From NCBI GenBank assembly GCA_938015295.1, contig CALLQB010000003.1:27640-91639 (forward strand): a stretch of DNA of 64,000 nt, given 5' to 3'. The DNA comes from an uncultured Acidimicrobiales bacterium (GTDB taxonomy: Bacteria > Actinomycetota > Acidimicrobiia > Acidimicrobiales > SHLQ01). The notes beneath the pieces are model-generated. The model was not told the DNA's origin. It did not search any database and saw only the letters and a program-made list of their open reading frames with translations. Shown piece after piece: positions 28,030 to 37,902 of the stretch. Made by a program: the position numbers and the translations under genes. How positions within the stretch are numbered: the first letter of the stretch is position 1; every line of letters begins with the position of its first letter.

Positions 28030-28791
28030 ATGGGGCAGTCAGCAAACACCGATCAGTTAGTACACACTGATCAGTTAGCAAAGAAGGTGATTCTCATCAC
28101 GGGAGCAGCCCGGGGCCAAGGGGCCGCCGAGGCCAGGCAGGCTGCCGAACGTGGCGCGACGGTGGTCGTCACGGATGTGTTGGACGACGCGGGTACGGCC
28201 GTTGCGAAGGAGGTGGGCGGGCAGTACCACCGCCTCGACGTGACATCGAGCGGCGAATGGCGCTCGGTGATGGAGGACGTGGTGGCCACCCATGGCCGTC
28301 TCGACGGGCTGGTGAACAATGCTGGCATCTTCCGCCACGACAGCATTCTTGACGGCAACGAGGACAACTTTCGACTCATTACCGAGATCAACCAGTACGG
28401 CGTGTTCAACGGCATGGCCGCCGCCGCCCACATCATGAAAGATCAGGGGGCAGGCAGCATTGTCAATATTTCGTCGGTGGCCGGTATGCGTGGCCAGCGC
28501 GCAGTTGCCTACGTCGCAAGCAAGTGGGCTGTTCGCGGAATGACCAAGAGTGCAGCGTCGCAGCTGGCTCGCTACAACGTTCGCGTGAACTCGGTGCACC
28601 CCGGTGCAATCGAGACCGACATGTTGTTCGACTTGGGCACCGAGACTATCGACCGCCTGGTAGGGGCTACCCCGATGGGTCGATCAGCAAAACCCGAAGA
28701 GGTCGGCAATGTCGTGATGTTCTTGCTGTCCGACGAATCGAGTTACGTGACCGGAGCCGAGATAGTGGTGGACGGAGCACTGATCGCCTAA
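28030..28791 (+). CDS. short-chain dehydrogenase/reductase (SDR)
   Basis: Motifs: ILITGAARGQGAA, NNAG, and the triad S...YVASKWAVRG. The N-terminus carries an 18-nt duplication. An alternative in-frame GTG lies at 28087. Confidence 0.9.
   Translation: MGQSANTDQLVHTDQLAKKVILITGAARGQGAAEARQAAERGATVVVTDVLDDAGTAVAKEVGGQYHRLDVTSSGEWRSVMEDVVATHGRLDGLVNNAGIFRHDSILDGNEDNFRLITEINQYGVFNGMAAAAHIMKDQGAGSIVNISSVAGMRGQRAVAYVASKWAVRGMTKSAASQLARYNVRVNSVHPGAIETDMLFDLGTETIDRLVGATPMGRSAKPEEVGNVVMFLLSDESSYVTGAEIVVDGALIA
28047..28080 (+). repeat. imperfect 18-nt tandem duplication (CACCGATCAGTTAGTA / CACTGATCAGTTAGCA)
   Basis: Read directly. As coding sequence it gives TDQLVH-TDQLAK. Each unit contains a GATCAG/CTGATCAG palindromic core. 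Confidence 0.7.
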
Positions 28792-29651
28792 TGGAGCTCG
28801 TTGACCGGTTGGAAGCAACCGACCAGATTCGACAACTGAAAGCCCGCTACTGGCGATGTGTCGACACGCAGAACTGGTCGGATATGGCGACGGTGCTCGA
28901 TGCTGCTGTTGCGGTTGACCTCACCGACGCTGGAGGCGGAACGTACACCTCTGCCGAAGCGTTCATCACGGCGATGACGAAGGGGCTTCGGGGCGCAGTT
29001 TCGTCGCACCAGGGCGGAGGCGCCGAGATCAACATCGTGAGCGGCACTGAGGCCGTCGGCACCTGGGCGTTCACCGACCACATCGAATACCCAAACCGGA
29101 TCCTCGACGGCGCCGGCCGCTATGACGAGACCTATCGAAACACCGCCGATGGGTGGCGCATCGCGTCGACGCGTCTGACCCGACACTGGGTGAACGTGAC
29201 GCGCCCGGGCGCCGAGAAGGCCGTCGCCGATCTCCTCTATCAGTACGCCCGCAAGATTGACCGCGGCGACTACGCAGGTGTCGCCGCGCTATTTACCCAC
29301 GGCCGCATTGCCTATGAGGTCGATGCTCCGGTCGATCAGCAAATCGTTGGCGCCGACGCAGTGCTCGCCAGCTATCAGAGCACGACACGGTTGTACGACG
29401 ATGGCACGCCCAAGTCGAAACATGTCACGACCAACGTTGCTATCGAGGTCGACCATGTTGCGGGTTCTGCGACCGCCCACAGCTATTACACCGTGCTGCA
29501 ACAGACCGCAGATCTTGCGCTGCAGCCGATCATCGCAGGCGAATACTTTGATTCGTTTCATATCGTCGACGGCACCTGGTGGTTCGATACTCGAATCATC
29601 GGGGTCAACCAGCTCGGCGACCTCAGTCATCACCTGCTTTTTGACCTTTAG
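28791..29651 (+). CDS. tandem SnoaL-like (NTF2-fold) domain protein
   Basis: ORF track 28524..29651 trimmed to MELVDRLEATDQIRQLKARYWRCVD; the start shares 1 nt with the SDR stop (TAATG). Two repeats have the same pattern: I..L...Y....D......A..F, ending in DGWRI and DGTWWF. Confidence 0.6.
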   Translation: MELVDRLEATDQIRQLKARYWRCVDTQNWSDMATVLDAAVAVDLTDAGGGTYTSAEAFITAMTKGLRGAVSSHQGGGAEINIVSGTEAVGTWAFTDHIEYPNRILDGAGRYDETYRNTADGWRIASTRLTRHWVNVTRPGAEKAVADLLYQYARKIDRGDYAGVAALFTHGRIAYEVDAPVDQQIVGADAVLASYQSTTRLYDDGTPKSKHVTTNVAIEVDHVAGSATAHSYYTVLQQTADLALQPIIAGEYFDSFHIVDGTWWFDTRIIGVNQLGDLSHHLLFDL

Positions 29652-29732
29652 GGTCTGATCTTGAACTAGGCCGCCTGTCATCTTTATTGTCGGCGGGCTA
29701 AAGAAACGGTTCGGTGTCGTCGATTCAACGGT

Positions 29733-32486
29733 GTGCAGATACGACCCATCGCCGAACTTGCGGACGCCGAGTTCGGAGAACCCGAAGCGGTGGCAGGGGG
29801 ATCTGATGACGAACACACGCTTTCGGCCACGCGCGAGCTGCACACACGGTTTCTGATCGCGTTGTTGGCGATTGCAGCAATGGTGCTCTCGGGACAGCTG
29901 GTGCTGCAGTCGGTGGTTCGCTCTCAGGCGGACGCCAACGAGGTCGTTCTTGTCATCGATTGGCAGTTGTGGCAGTCAGAACGGCTGCTGGTTGAGGTGC
30001 AACGGTTTGGGCTGTGGGAGCCGGGCGATCCACGTCTACCGACCTATGACCTTCAGCGTGCACTGACCGAATACCGATCGAACCACGAAGAGTTCCTTCG
30101 GGTCCATCCCAAACATGCGTACGACGACGGCAACTTTGAGCGGGCGTATGAAAAAACAGTTGAGACTGCCGTCGCCATCACGACGCTCGGAATTTCGAAC
30201 GAATGGCCCGATCTGACGCGCGAGCAACGTGCCGAAGCGATTGACAACCATGAGCAAGAACGCGACGACTATCTGGCTCTCCTGCAAAACCTCCATACGA
30301 ACCACTCGGCCGAGAACGGCAGGCGGTCGGCGCAACTCCAGGCGGCTGGACTTCTCACCTTGGCGGCCGTTCTTCTGTCGTTGTTGCTGATCGGTCGCTT
30401 CGTGTTTGCTCCTGCAGTTGCTCGGGTGCAGACAGCCATGCGTGCATTGCATCGACGCGAGCAGGAGCTCGTCGTCGCTACCGAACGGTCACGCGATGCC
30501 AGCCGCGCCAAGAGCGAGTTCGTAGCCAATATGAGCCACGAGTTGCGCACGCCCATGAACGGTGTCGTCGGCATGACCAGCCTGCTCAGCGAGACCACGC
30601 TCAACGACGACCAACGCACGATGATCGATACGATCCGGTTGTCGAGCGATCAGTTGCTCAGCGTCATCAACGATGTTCTCGACTTCTCCAAAATTGAGGC
30701 GAGAAAACTCGACCTCGAAACGTACCCCTTTGATCTGCGTTCACAGGTTGAAGAGTCGCTGGAAGTGGTGGCATCTCTGGCAGCTGAGAAACGGCTTTCG
30801 CTTGCCCTCGACGTCGACGCTGATCTGCCGGAAATATTCGTCGGAGATGCCGGACGAATACGTCAGATTTTGAACAACCTGGTCTCGAACGCCATCAAGT
30901 TCACCCCTGAGGGTGAGATTGTGGTCACCGTATCCGGCAGACGGATCGGCGATATCGACGATTCGCGAGGCGCTTCATCAGAGCACAACATCGACCACTC
31001 GGGCGCCGAGGACCAAAGTGGCGTCTGGCGCCTCTTCTTCGATGTTGCCGACAGCGGCATCGGTATTCCGGCCGACCGGCTCCCGTTGCTGTTCAACTCA
31101 TTTAGCCAGGTGGACGGCAGCACAGCACGAAAGTTCGGTGGAACAGGACTGGGTCTGGCCATTAGCAAGCAGCTGGCCGAGCTAATGAACGGTACAGCGT
31201 GGGCTGAGAGTACCGAAGGCTCCGGTTCGACGTTCTCGTTCTGCGTCGAGTTGCAATCCGAACGTGACACGACAGCTCCGTTCTTCTCGGCCGCGCATGC
31301 CGATTTCGCAGGGACGTACATCGTTATCGCCGACCCCAACGAGCGCGCGGCCGAGATCGTGGCGCAGCAACTGACGACCTGGGGATCAAAGGTCGTGTGC
31401 GTCGAGTCTGCAGCGGGCTTGCGGTCGGCACTAGACGCGAGACCAGCCGATGTCGTGATTATCGACGACAGCTTGGCGGATTCGTGCGTGGTCGATGGAC
31501 AACCCACCGTTGTGATGGCGCCGCTAGGAAGACGGATGGTTCTCACCGACCGCGACTCGATCTTCAACTATGTGAGCAAGCCGGTGAAGCCCGCGAAACT
31601 CTTTGACCTGCTCATCCTCGAATTGAACGGCGAAGCCCGAAAAGTTGCGGTCGGCAAGATCGAGCCGAACGAGCCCGGCAGGGCACGTCCCCTTCGAATT
31701 CTTCTTGCCGAGGACAACCGAGTGAACCAGCAGGTCGCGCTAGGACTTTTGGGCAACCTCGGCTACACCGCCGATGTGGTCGCCAACGGTCTCGAGGTGC
31801 TTGAAGCGTTTGCCAAGCGCCCCTACGACGTCGTACTGATGGATATCCAAATGCCAGAGATGGACGGCCAGGAGGCCACCACACGAATACGGGCCGACCT
31901 TCCTCCGGAGGATCAGCCGTGGATTATCGCAATGACAGCGAACGCCCTGAGCGGTGATCGAGAAAGGTTCCTGGCCGGCGGCATGAATGACTACGTGAGT
32001 AAACCTGTCCAACCGAGGCGTCTGGCGGACGCACTCCGGAGCGTTCCCGCCACGGGTGTGCAGGACGTTTCCGCTACCGAAGCGGCTCCGGTGTCCGACA
32101 TCGGCCGCGCCGAGGATTCTGCGACGACCGCTGTGCCAGTGTTCGACCGCTCGGTACTCGATGAACTTTCTGAGGCCATGGGTGACGCTGGTTCTGCCCT
32201 CGTTGGCGAGTTACTCGATGTCTTTCTCGACGATGCGCCCAAGCGGCTCGCTTCGATCGATGCGGCGACCCTTGCCGACGATGTCGAGGTCGTGCAGCGT
32301 GAAGCCCACACGCTGAAGTCTTCGGCGGCCTCAGTGGGCGCCTTAGCGATGAGTGAGGTGGCGAAGACGATCGAACACGCGTTGAAAGCCGGCAACTCGT
32401 TGCACGATGTCGAGGACGACGTGGCAAGTTTGCACCGCCTTTCCGTCGAAACGTTTGCTGCGCTTCGGATGACAAAAGCGGCGTGA
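29733..32486 (+). CDS. hybrid sensor histidine kinase (2 TM + HisKA + HATPase_c + degenerate receiver-like region + receiver + Hpt)
   Basis: Motifs: H-box [16 protein letters not shown]-box [10 protein letters not shown]-boxes DSGIGI and [10 protein letters not shown]. The receiver is [13 protein letters not shown]...[13 protein letters not shown]...KP. The Hpt segment is [17 protein letters not shown] helices flank a ~160-aa outside domain. Confidence 0.9.
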   Translation: MQIRPIAELADAEFGEPEAVAGGSDDEHTLSATRELHTRFLIALLAIAAMVLSGQLVLQSVVRSQADANEVVLVIDWQLWQSERLLVEVQRFGLWEPGDPRLPTYDLQRALTEYRSNHEEFLRVHPKHAYDDGNFERAYEKTVETAVAITTLGISNEWPDLTREQRAEAIDNHEQERDDYLALLQNLHTNHSAENGRRSAQLQAAGLLTLAAVLLSLLLIGRFVFAPAVARVQTAMRALHRREQELVVATERSRDASRAKSEFVANMSHELRTPMNGVVGMTSLLSETTLNDDQRTMIDTIRLSSDQLLSVINDVLDFSKIEARKLDLETYPFDLRSQVEESLEVVASLAAEKRLSLALDVDADLPEIFVGDAGRIRQILNNLVSNAIKFTPEGEIVVTVSGRRIGDIDDSRGASSEHNIDHSGAEDQSGVWRLFFDVADSGIGIPADRLPLLFNSFSQVDGSTARKFGGTGLGLAISKQLAELMNGTAWAESTEGSGSTFSFCVELQSERDTTAPFFSAAHADFAGTYIVIADPNERAAEIVAQQLTTWGSKVVCVESAAGLRSALDARPADVVIIDDSLADSCVVDGQPTVVMAPLGRRMVLTDRDSIFNYVSKPVKPAKLFDLLILELNGEARKVAVGKIEPNEPGRARPLRILLAEDNRVNQQVALGLLGNLGYTADVVANGLEVLEAFAKRPYDVVLMDIQMPEMDGQEATTRIRADLPPEDQPWIIAMTANALSGDRERFLAGGMNDYVSKPVQPRRLADALRSVPATGVQDVSATEAAPVSDIGRAEDSATTAVPVFDRSVLDELSEAMGDAGSALVGELLDVFLDDAPKRLASIDAATLADDVEVVQREAHTLKSSAASVGALAMSEVAKTIEHALKAGNSLHDVEDDVASLHRLSVETFAALRMTKAA

Positions 32487-32523
32487 TCTTGCTCGTCTGC
32501 CAGTCGGGCGATACAACAACGTT

Positions 32524-33924
32524 GTGCGTGACTACTCTCTGGCCTCGGCCGCCGACGCTCAAGCGGTAGCGAACGGCTTAGCCGACGCCGAGTGGTACCG
32601 CTCGCCGATCAGCCCCGACCGTCTGCAATCGCTGAGTGTGCGCACAAACGGGCGGGCCGCGATCGACCTTTTGCTGTACGTCGCGCTGCTAGTCGGTAGT
32701 GCAGTTCTGCTCTACTGGTCGCTGTGGTCGTGGTGGACGCTGCCGGCAGCGTTTGTCTACGGCACGTTGTACGGAAGTTCGTCGGACCCGAGGTGGCATG
32801 AGTGCGGCCATGGGACGGCCTTTCGCTCGTCGGTGCTCAACAACCTGGTGTACTTTCCGGCGTCGTTTATGTTGCTGAGAGAAGCAACGCTCTGGCGCTG
32901 GTCGCATGTGCGTCACCACAGCGACACGATCGTTGTCGGCCGAGATCCGGAGATCATCTTGGCTCGACCCCCGCAACTCGGCGACTGGCTACCGAATCTG
33001 ATTGGTCTGAAGGCGGGCACGTTCATGATGCGGCGCACGGTTCGCCACGCCACCGGAAACATCTCGGCCGCCGACGAGTCCTACCTGCCTGAGCACGCGA
33101 AACCCTTGGTGGTAAGAGAAGCGCGGATGACGGTGACGATCTGGCTCGCGGTGCTGGCCGGATGTCTCGTGCTGGGGAGCGCTGTGCCGTTGCTATTTGT
33201 GATTGGCCCATCGTTCTATGGCGCCTGGCTGATGTTGGTGCTGGGCACGACGCAGCATCTCGGACTTCGTGAGGACGTGCTCGATCACCGTCAGAACACC
33301 CGCACGATCTATCTCAATCCGGTGCTGAGGTTTCTTTATCTGAACATGAACTACCACGCAGAACATCACATGTTCCCGCAGGTTCCGTACCACGCACTAC
33401 CGCGACTGCACCGTGAGATACAGCACGACATGCCGACACCGTTGCCATCGCTGATCGCCGCGTACCGGGAGGTCGTTCCGGCGTTGCGTCGGCAGCATAC
33501 GGACCCGTCATGGGAAATCCCGAGAGAGATCCCTGTTGCTAGTGCAGCGAGCGGCGGCGCCGGCGCAAGCAGCGATACCGCTCAACCTCGCTCGGTCGGC
33601 GGTGGAGCATTCGATGTGGGCGACGACCAGTCGGTGCGACCAGGACACGTGGTGCGAGTCGATATCGGTGATCGCACGTTTGCGCTCTACCGGGTCGGTC
33701 GCGACATCTTTGCGACCGATGGGATCTGCACCCATAGCCGCAGCGTGCATCTGGCAACGGGCACAGTGGTCGGCGACCAGATCGAATGCCCCAAGCACAA
33801 CGGCAGATTCGATATTGCCTCTGGCGAACCCCGTCGGGCGCCGGTGTGCGAAGCGCTGGGCACCTATCGCGTTGTCGTTGTAGACGGACGTCTCGTGCTT
33901 GAGGCCGGCCTCAAGCACCCATGA
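32524..33924 (+). CDS. membrane fatty-acid-desaturase-family protein fused to a C-terminal Rieske [2Fe-2S] domain
   Basis: The His boxes are HECGH, HVRHH and HAEHH, with intervening TM helices. The C-terminal ~110 aa carry C-T-H-x17-C-P-K-H (GICTHSRSVHLATGTVVGDQIECPKHNGRF). Confidence 0.85.
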   Translation: MRDYSLASAADAQAVANGLADAEWYRSPISPDRLQSLSVRTNGRAAIDLLLYVALLVGSAVLLYWSLWSWWTLPAAFVYGTLYGSSSDPRWHECGHGTAFRSSVLNNLVYFPASFMLLREATLWRWSHVRHHSDTIVVGRDPEIILARPPQLGDWLPNLIGLKAGTFMMRRTVRHATGNISAADESYLPEHAKPLVVREARMTVTIWLAVLAGCLVLGSAVPLLFVIGPSFYGAWLMLVLGTTQHLGLREDVLDHRQNTRTIYLNPVLRFLYLNMNYHAEHHMFPQVPYHALPRLHREIQHDMPTPLPSLIAAYREVVPALRRQHTDPSWEIPREIPVASAASGGAGASSDTAQPRSVGGGAFDVGDDQSVRPGHVVRVDIGDRTFALYRVGRDIFATDGICTHSRSVHLATGTVVGDQIECPKHNGRFDIASGEPRRAPVCEALGTYRVVVVDGRLVLEAGLKHP

Positions 33925-33974
33925 GCCAATGATGTACCGGTAACCTTACGTACTTCTTAGGAGATGTCCGAGCT

Positions 33975-35057
33975 ATGAAAGCCGCAGTGCTACGAGAGGT
34001 TGGAATTCCGCTCGCAATCGAGTCGGTCGACGTCGATTCGCCTCAGGCTTATGAGGTGTTGATCCGGACGGTGGCCGCGGGGGTCTGCCATTCCGATCTG
34101 CACTTTGTCGAGGGGCACTACCACACCGACTTGCCGGTTGTGCCAGGGCATGAGTCGGCTGGTGTGGTCGCAGCGGTCGGCGATCGGGTGACGTACGTGC
34201 AACCGGGCGATCACGTCATTACCTGCATGTCGGTGTTCTGCGGCCACTGCAACGTGTGTACCTCCGGCCGCCCGTACCTGTGCGAGAGCCCGGAAACTCG
34301 ACGAACGAGCGGCAGCCGGCTGCTGCAAAACGGGGCACCGATGGGGCAGCTTTATGAGCTGTCGTCCTACGCCGAGATGATGCTCGTACACGAACGAGCG
34401 GTCGTGAAGATCCGACCCGACATGCCACTCGATCGAGCAGCGCTCATCGGGTGTGCCGTTATGACCGGCTTCGGCGCGGTGGTCAACACCGCTCGGGTCG
34501 AGGTTGGCGCATCGGTCGCTGTCCTTGGTTGCGGCGGCATTGGACTGTCGGCTATCAACGGCGCAGACATCACCGGTGCAGGCCAAGTCATCGCGGTCGA
34601 CGTGTTGCCAGAGAAACTTGCTATGGCCAAACGTTTCGGCGCGACCCACATCGTTGATGCAAACGGCCTCAGCGACGAAGAGGTCGTCGACGCGGTGCGG
34701 CAGCTTACTGGCGGGGGAGTCGACTACTCCTTTGAGGCGATCGGCCTCAAGCGCACCTCTGAGCAGGCGTTTAACATGCTGCGCCCGGGAGGCGATGCGA
34801 CGATCATCGGCATGGTTCCCGAAGGGCAGAAGATAGAGATCGAGGCTGCCGACCTCCTCTACGAAAAGACTCTTCAAGGGTCGAATATGGGATCGAACCG
34901 GTTCCGTACCGACATGCCCCGACTCATCGAGTTCTACCTCGACGGCAAGCTTCACCTCGACGAGCTCATCTCCAAGCGGGTCGGTCTCGAAAAGATCAAT
35001 GAGGCGTTCGCCGATATGTTGAGCGGAAACGTCGCCCGAACGGTCATCGAGTTCTAG
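33975..35057 (+). CDS. zinc-dependent alcohol dehydrogenase (MDR family)
   Basis: Motifs: GVCHSDLH, GHESAGVVAAVG, CGHCNVCTSG, and Rossmann VAVLGCGGIG. Confidence 0.85.
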   Translation: MKAAVLREVGIPLAIESVDVDSPQAYEVLIRTVAAGVCHSDLHFVEGHYHTDLPVVPGHESAGVVAAVGDRVTYVQPGDHVITCMSVFCGHCNVCTSGRPYLCESPETRRTSGSRLLQNGAPMGQLYELSSYAEMMLVHERAVVKIRPDMPLDRAALIGCAVMTGFGAVVNTARVEVGASVAVLGCGGIGLSAINGADITGAGQVIAVDVLPEKLAMAKRFGATHIVDANGLSDEEVVDAVRQLTGGGVDYSFEAIGLKRTSEQAFNMLRPGGDATIIGMVPEGQKIEIEAADLLYEKTLQGSNMGSNRFRTDMPRLIEFYLDGKLHLDELISKRVGLEKINEAFADMLSGNVARTVIEF

Positions 35058-35166
35058 CCGACGCCCTAGAGCGGCGATCGAATCTGGCGGAAATCGTGTG
35101 CGGCAGCCTACGTTTAAGGAAAGAAATCACGAACCACCACTTTCGCTGAGCAGGAGAACAACCCCA

Positions 35167-36327
35167 ATGGGTGAGGCATACATCGTCGACGCAGTCCGGA
35201 CCCCGGTAGGCAAACGAGGAGGCTCGTTTGCCGAAGTGCACCCCGCCGACATGGGGGCGCACGCAATCAGCGCACTGATGGACCGCACCGGCATCGATCC
35301 TGAAGCTGTCGAAGATGTGATCTTCGGCTGCCTCGACAACCTTGGGCCACAGGCTGGCGATATCGCTCGTACCTGTTGGTTAGCTGCCGGACTGCCACAA
35401 ACCGTCCCAGGCGTCACCATCGACCGGCAGTGCGGCTCAGGCCAACAGGCAGTCCATTTCGCTTCGACTGGCGTCATGGCTGGCGTCAACGATGTGATGG
35501 TCGCTGGCGGCGTGCAGAACATGTCGATGATTCCGATCGGCGCGGCGTTGACTGCAGCCGAGTCAGTCGGCCTCGACATGCCCGACCCGTTCACCACGTC
35601 GACCGGCTGGGTCGAGCGGTACGGAACACAAGAAGTTTCGCAATTCCGTGGAGCCGAACTCATCGCCGAAAAGTGGGACATCACCCGCGACCACATGGAG
35701 GCGTTCGCCTTCGAGTCGCACGAGCGTGCAATCACCGCAATCGACGAAGGTCGGTTCGAAAACGAGATCGTGGCATACGGCGACATGGTCAACGATGAAG
35801 GGCCACGCCGAGGTGGAAGCCTCGAAAAGATGGCGCAACTCAACCCGCTCGTCGAGGGCGGACGAATCACCGCAGCGATGGCGAGCCAACTTTCTGATGG
35901 CGCTGCGGCGTTGTTGGTGTGCTCAGAACAGGCGCTGAAGGATCACAACCTGACCCCGAGAGCTCGTATCCATCACCTCAGCGTGCGTGGCGATGACCCC
36001 ATCTTTATGCTGACCGGACCGATTGAAGCTACGCGATACGCGATGGAAAAGACCGGTATGTCGATTGACGATATCGACCTGTTCGAGTGCAACGAAGCCT
36101 TTGCTCCCGTTCCGCTTGCCTGGATGCACGAACACAACATTCCGCACGAAAAGGTCAACGTAAACGGCGGCGCAATCGCGCTCGGTCATCCTCTCGGATG
36201 CACCGGCGCACGCCTGATGACCACGCTTCTCAACGAACTTGAGCGCACCGGTGGCCGCTACGGCCTCCAGACCATGTGTGAAGGTGGCGGCCAGGCAAAC
36301 GTGACGATTATCGAGGTACTGAAGTAG
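35167..36327 (+). CDS. acetyl-CoA C-acyltransferase (thiolase)
   Basis: ORF track 35098..36327 trimmed to MGEAYIVDAVRTPVGKRGG. Motifs: the active-site Cys region RQCGSGQQAV, NVNGGAIALGHPLGCTGAR, and CEGGGQANV. Confidence 0.9.
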   Translation: MGEAYIVDAVRTPVGKRGGSFAEVHPADMGAHAISALMDRTGIDPEAVEDVIFGCLDNLGPQAGDIARTCWLAAGLPQTVPGVTIDRQCGSGQQAVHFASTGVMAGVNDVMVAGGVQNMSMIPIGAALTAAESVGLDMPDPFTTSTGWVERYGTQEVSQFRGAELIAEKWDITRDHMEAFAFESHERAITAIDEGRFENEIVAYGDMVNDEGPRRGGSLEKMAQLNPLVEGGRITAAMASQLSDGAAALLVCSEQALKDHNLTPRARIHHLSVRGDDPIFMLTGPIEATRYAMEKTGMSIDDIDLFECNEAFAPVPLAWMHEHNIPHEKVNVNGGAIALGHPLGCTGARLMTTLLNELERTGGRYGLQTMCEGGGQANVTIIEVLK

Positions 36328-36351
36328 CGACCGGCGAAACCAATCGAGGGC

Positions 36352-37842
36352 TCAGGCGTCTACTTTCGCCTGGGCCTTCTTGGTAAATCGCATGACGCCG
36401 TCGGCGATTGGGCCATCGCGGAACAGTTTTTTGTCGGCGCGATAACTTTGCGTGTTCAGCCATGGTTCGCGGTCGCCCTGCTTGGGCATCATCGGCATCA
36501 TCCGCTGCATGTACCCAGCGGAGAAGTCGTCGACCCAGGGTCGGCGGGGCATCTCGGCATCCGATGGCCGAAGTCGGGGCGTGCACTGATCGGTGCCCGT
36601 CTCGGTCAGGTGATTGAGTAACCGGCAGACGTACTCACAGGTGAGGTCTGCTCGAAGGGTCCACGATGCGTTGATATAGCCGAACGACGAAGCCAGGTTC
36701 GGCACGTCGCTGTAGGCAAGGCCTTTGTAGGTCCAAACGTCGGCGAAATCGACCTCCTTGCCGTCGACAGAGAACCGCATTTCGCCCAGGGTTACTAGCT
36801 GCAGGCCCGTAGCGGTGATGATGATGTCGGCATCGAGGTGTTTGCCAGATTGCAGGGCGATCCCTGTTTCGGTGAAGGTGTCGATGTGGTCGGTGACAAC
36901 GGCAGCTTTGCCGCTGTTGATCGACTTGAAGAGGTCGCTATCGGGCACGAGGCAAAGGCGTTGATCCCACGGGCCATAGGTGGGGGTGAAGTGGGTGTCG
37001 ACGTCGTAGTTGTCGCCGAGCTCCTTGCGAACACCATCGAGGAGCAGCTTCTTGATCTTGTCGGGGCTGCTGCGGGTCTTTTCGTAGATCATTTCGCCGC
37101 GCCAGACGTTGCGGCGTCGAGTGAGATCGTACGCCAGCTTGTTCGGCAAGACCTTCCGGAGGCTGTTGGCGACCGGGTCCTCCGATGGTCGGCTGACGAC
37201 GTAGGTCGGCGAGCGCTGCAGCATCGTGACACTCGCTGCGGTTTGTGCCATTGCCGGTACGAGCGTGACGGCGGTGGCACCCGACCCAATGATGACGACC
37301 TTCTTGCCGGCGTAGTCGAGATCTTCGGGCCATTTCTGGGGATGAACGATTGGGCCGGCGAATTTTTCGCTGCCGGGAAAATCAGGCTCGTAGCCGCCCT
37401 TGTAGCTGTAGTAGCCCGAGCACATGAACAAGAAGTTGCAGGTATAGCTGATGCTGGAGCCGTCGTCGGAACGTGCGCCGGTGACTGTCCACGCAGCATC
37501 GTCGGTCGACCAGGATGCGTCGGTTACCAGATGGTTGAAGCGAATGTGGCGTCGGATGTCGTACTCGTCGACGGTCTCGTTGAGGTAGTCGAGGATGGCG
37601 GGGCCATCGGCGATCGTCTTCTTTGAGGTCCAGGGCTTGAAGCTGTAGCCGAGGGTGTGCATGTCGCTGTCGGACCGGACCCCGGGGTACCGGAAGAGGT
37701 CCCAGGTGCCGCCTAGGTTCTCTCGGCCTTCAAGAATCGTGAAGCTTCGGTCGGGGCACTGGCTTTGCAGATGATAGGCAGCGCCAATGCCTGAAATGCC
37801 GGCGCCGATAATCACAACATCAAAGTGGGGAGTCTCGCTCAT
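36352..37842 (-). CDS. type I Baeyer-Villiger (flavin-containing) monooxygenase
   Basis: ORF track 36352..38133 trimmed to MSETPHFDVVIIGAGISG. It has GGTWDLFRYPGVRSDSD, the BVMO fingerprint FAGPIVHPQKWP and the second dinucleotide motif IGSGATA. Confidence 0.9.
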   Translation of the reverse strand: MSETPHFDVVIIGAGISGIGAAYHLQSQCPDRSFTILEGRENLGGTWDLFRYPGVRSDSDMHTLGYSFKPWTSKKTIADGPAILDYLNETVDEYDIRRHIRFNHLVTDASWSTDDAAWTVTGARSDDGSSISYTCNFLFMCSGYYSYKGGYEPDFPGSEKFAGPIVHPQKWPEDLDYAGKKVVIIGSGATAVTLVPAMAQTAASVTMLQRSPTYVVSRPSEDPVANSLRKVLPNKLAYDLTRRRNVWRGEMIYEKTRSSPDKIKKLLLDGVRKELGDNYDVDTHFTPTYGPWDQRLCLVPDSDLFKSINSGKAAVVTDHIDTFTETGIALQSGKHLDADIIITATGLQLVTLGEMRFSVDGKEVDFADVWTYKGLAYSDVPNLASSFGYINASWTLRADLTCEYVCRLLNHLTETGTDQCTPRLRPSDAEMPRRPWVDDFSAGYMQRMMPMMPKQGDREPWLNTQSYRADKKLFRDGPIADGVMRFTKKAQAKVDA

Positions 37843-37902
37843 AGGGTCGACGCTACCGGTCCCGTCTCGGAGTCCGTAATCCATCGGTGCTTTGATGGGC
37901 GC

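Noticed and set aside
29289-29843. 184-aa minus-strand ORF spanning the SnoaL gene end and the kinase start
   Set aside because: It overlaps two well-supported plus-strand genes, has no recognisable motifs and has poor composition.
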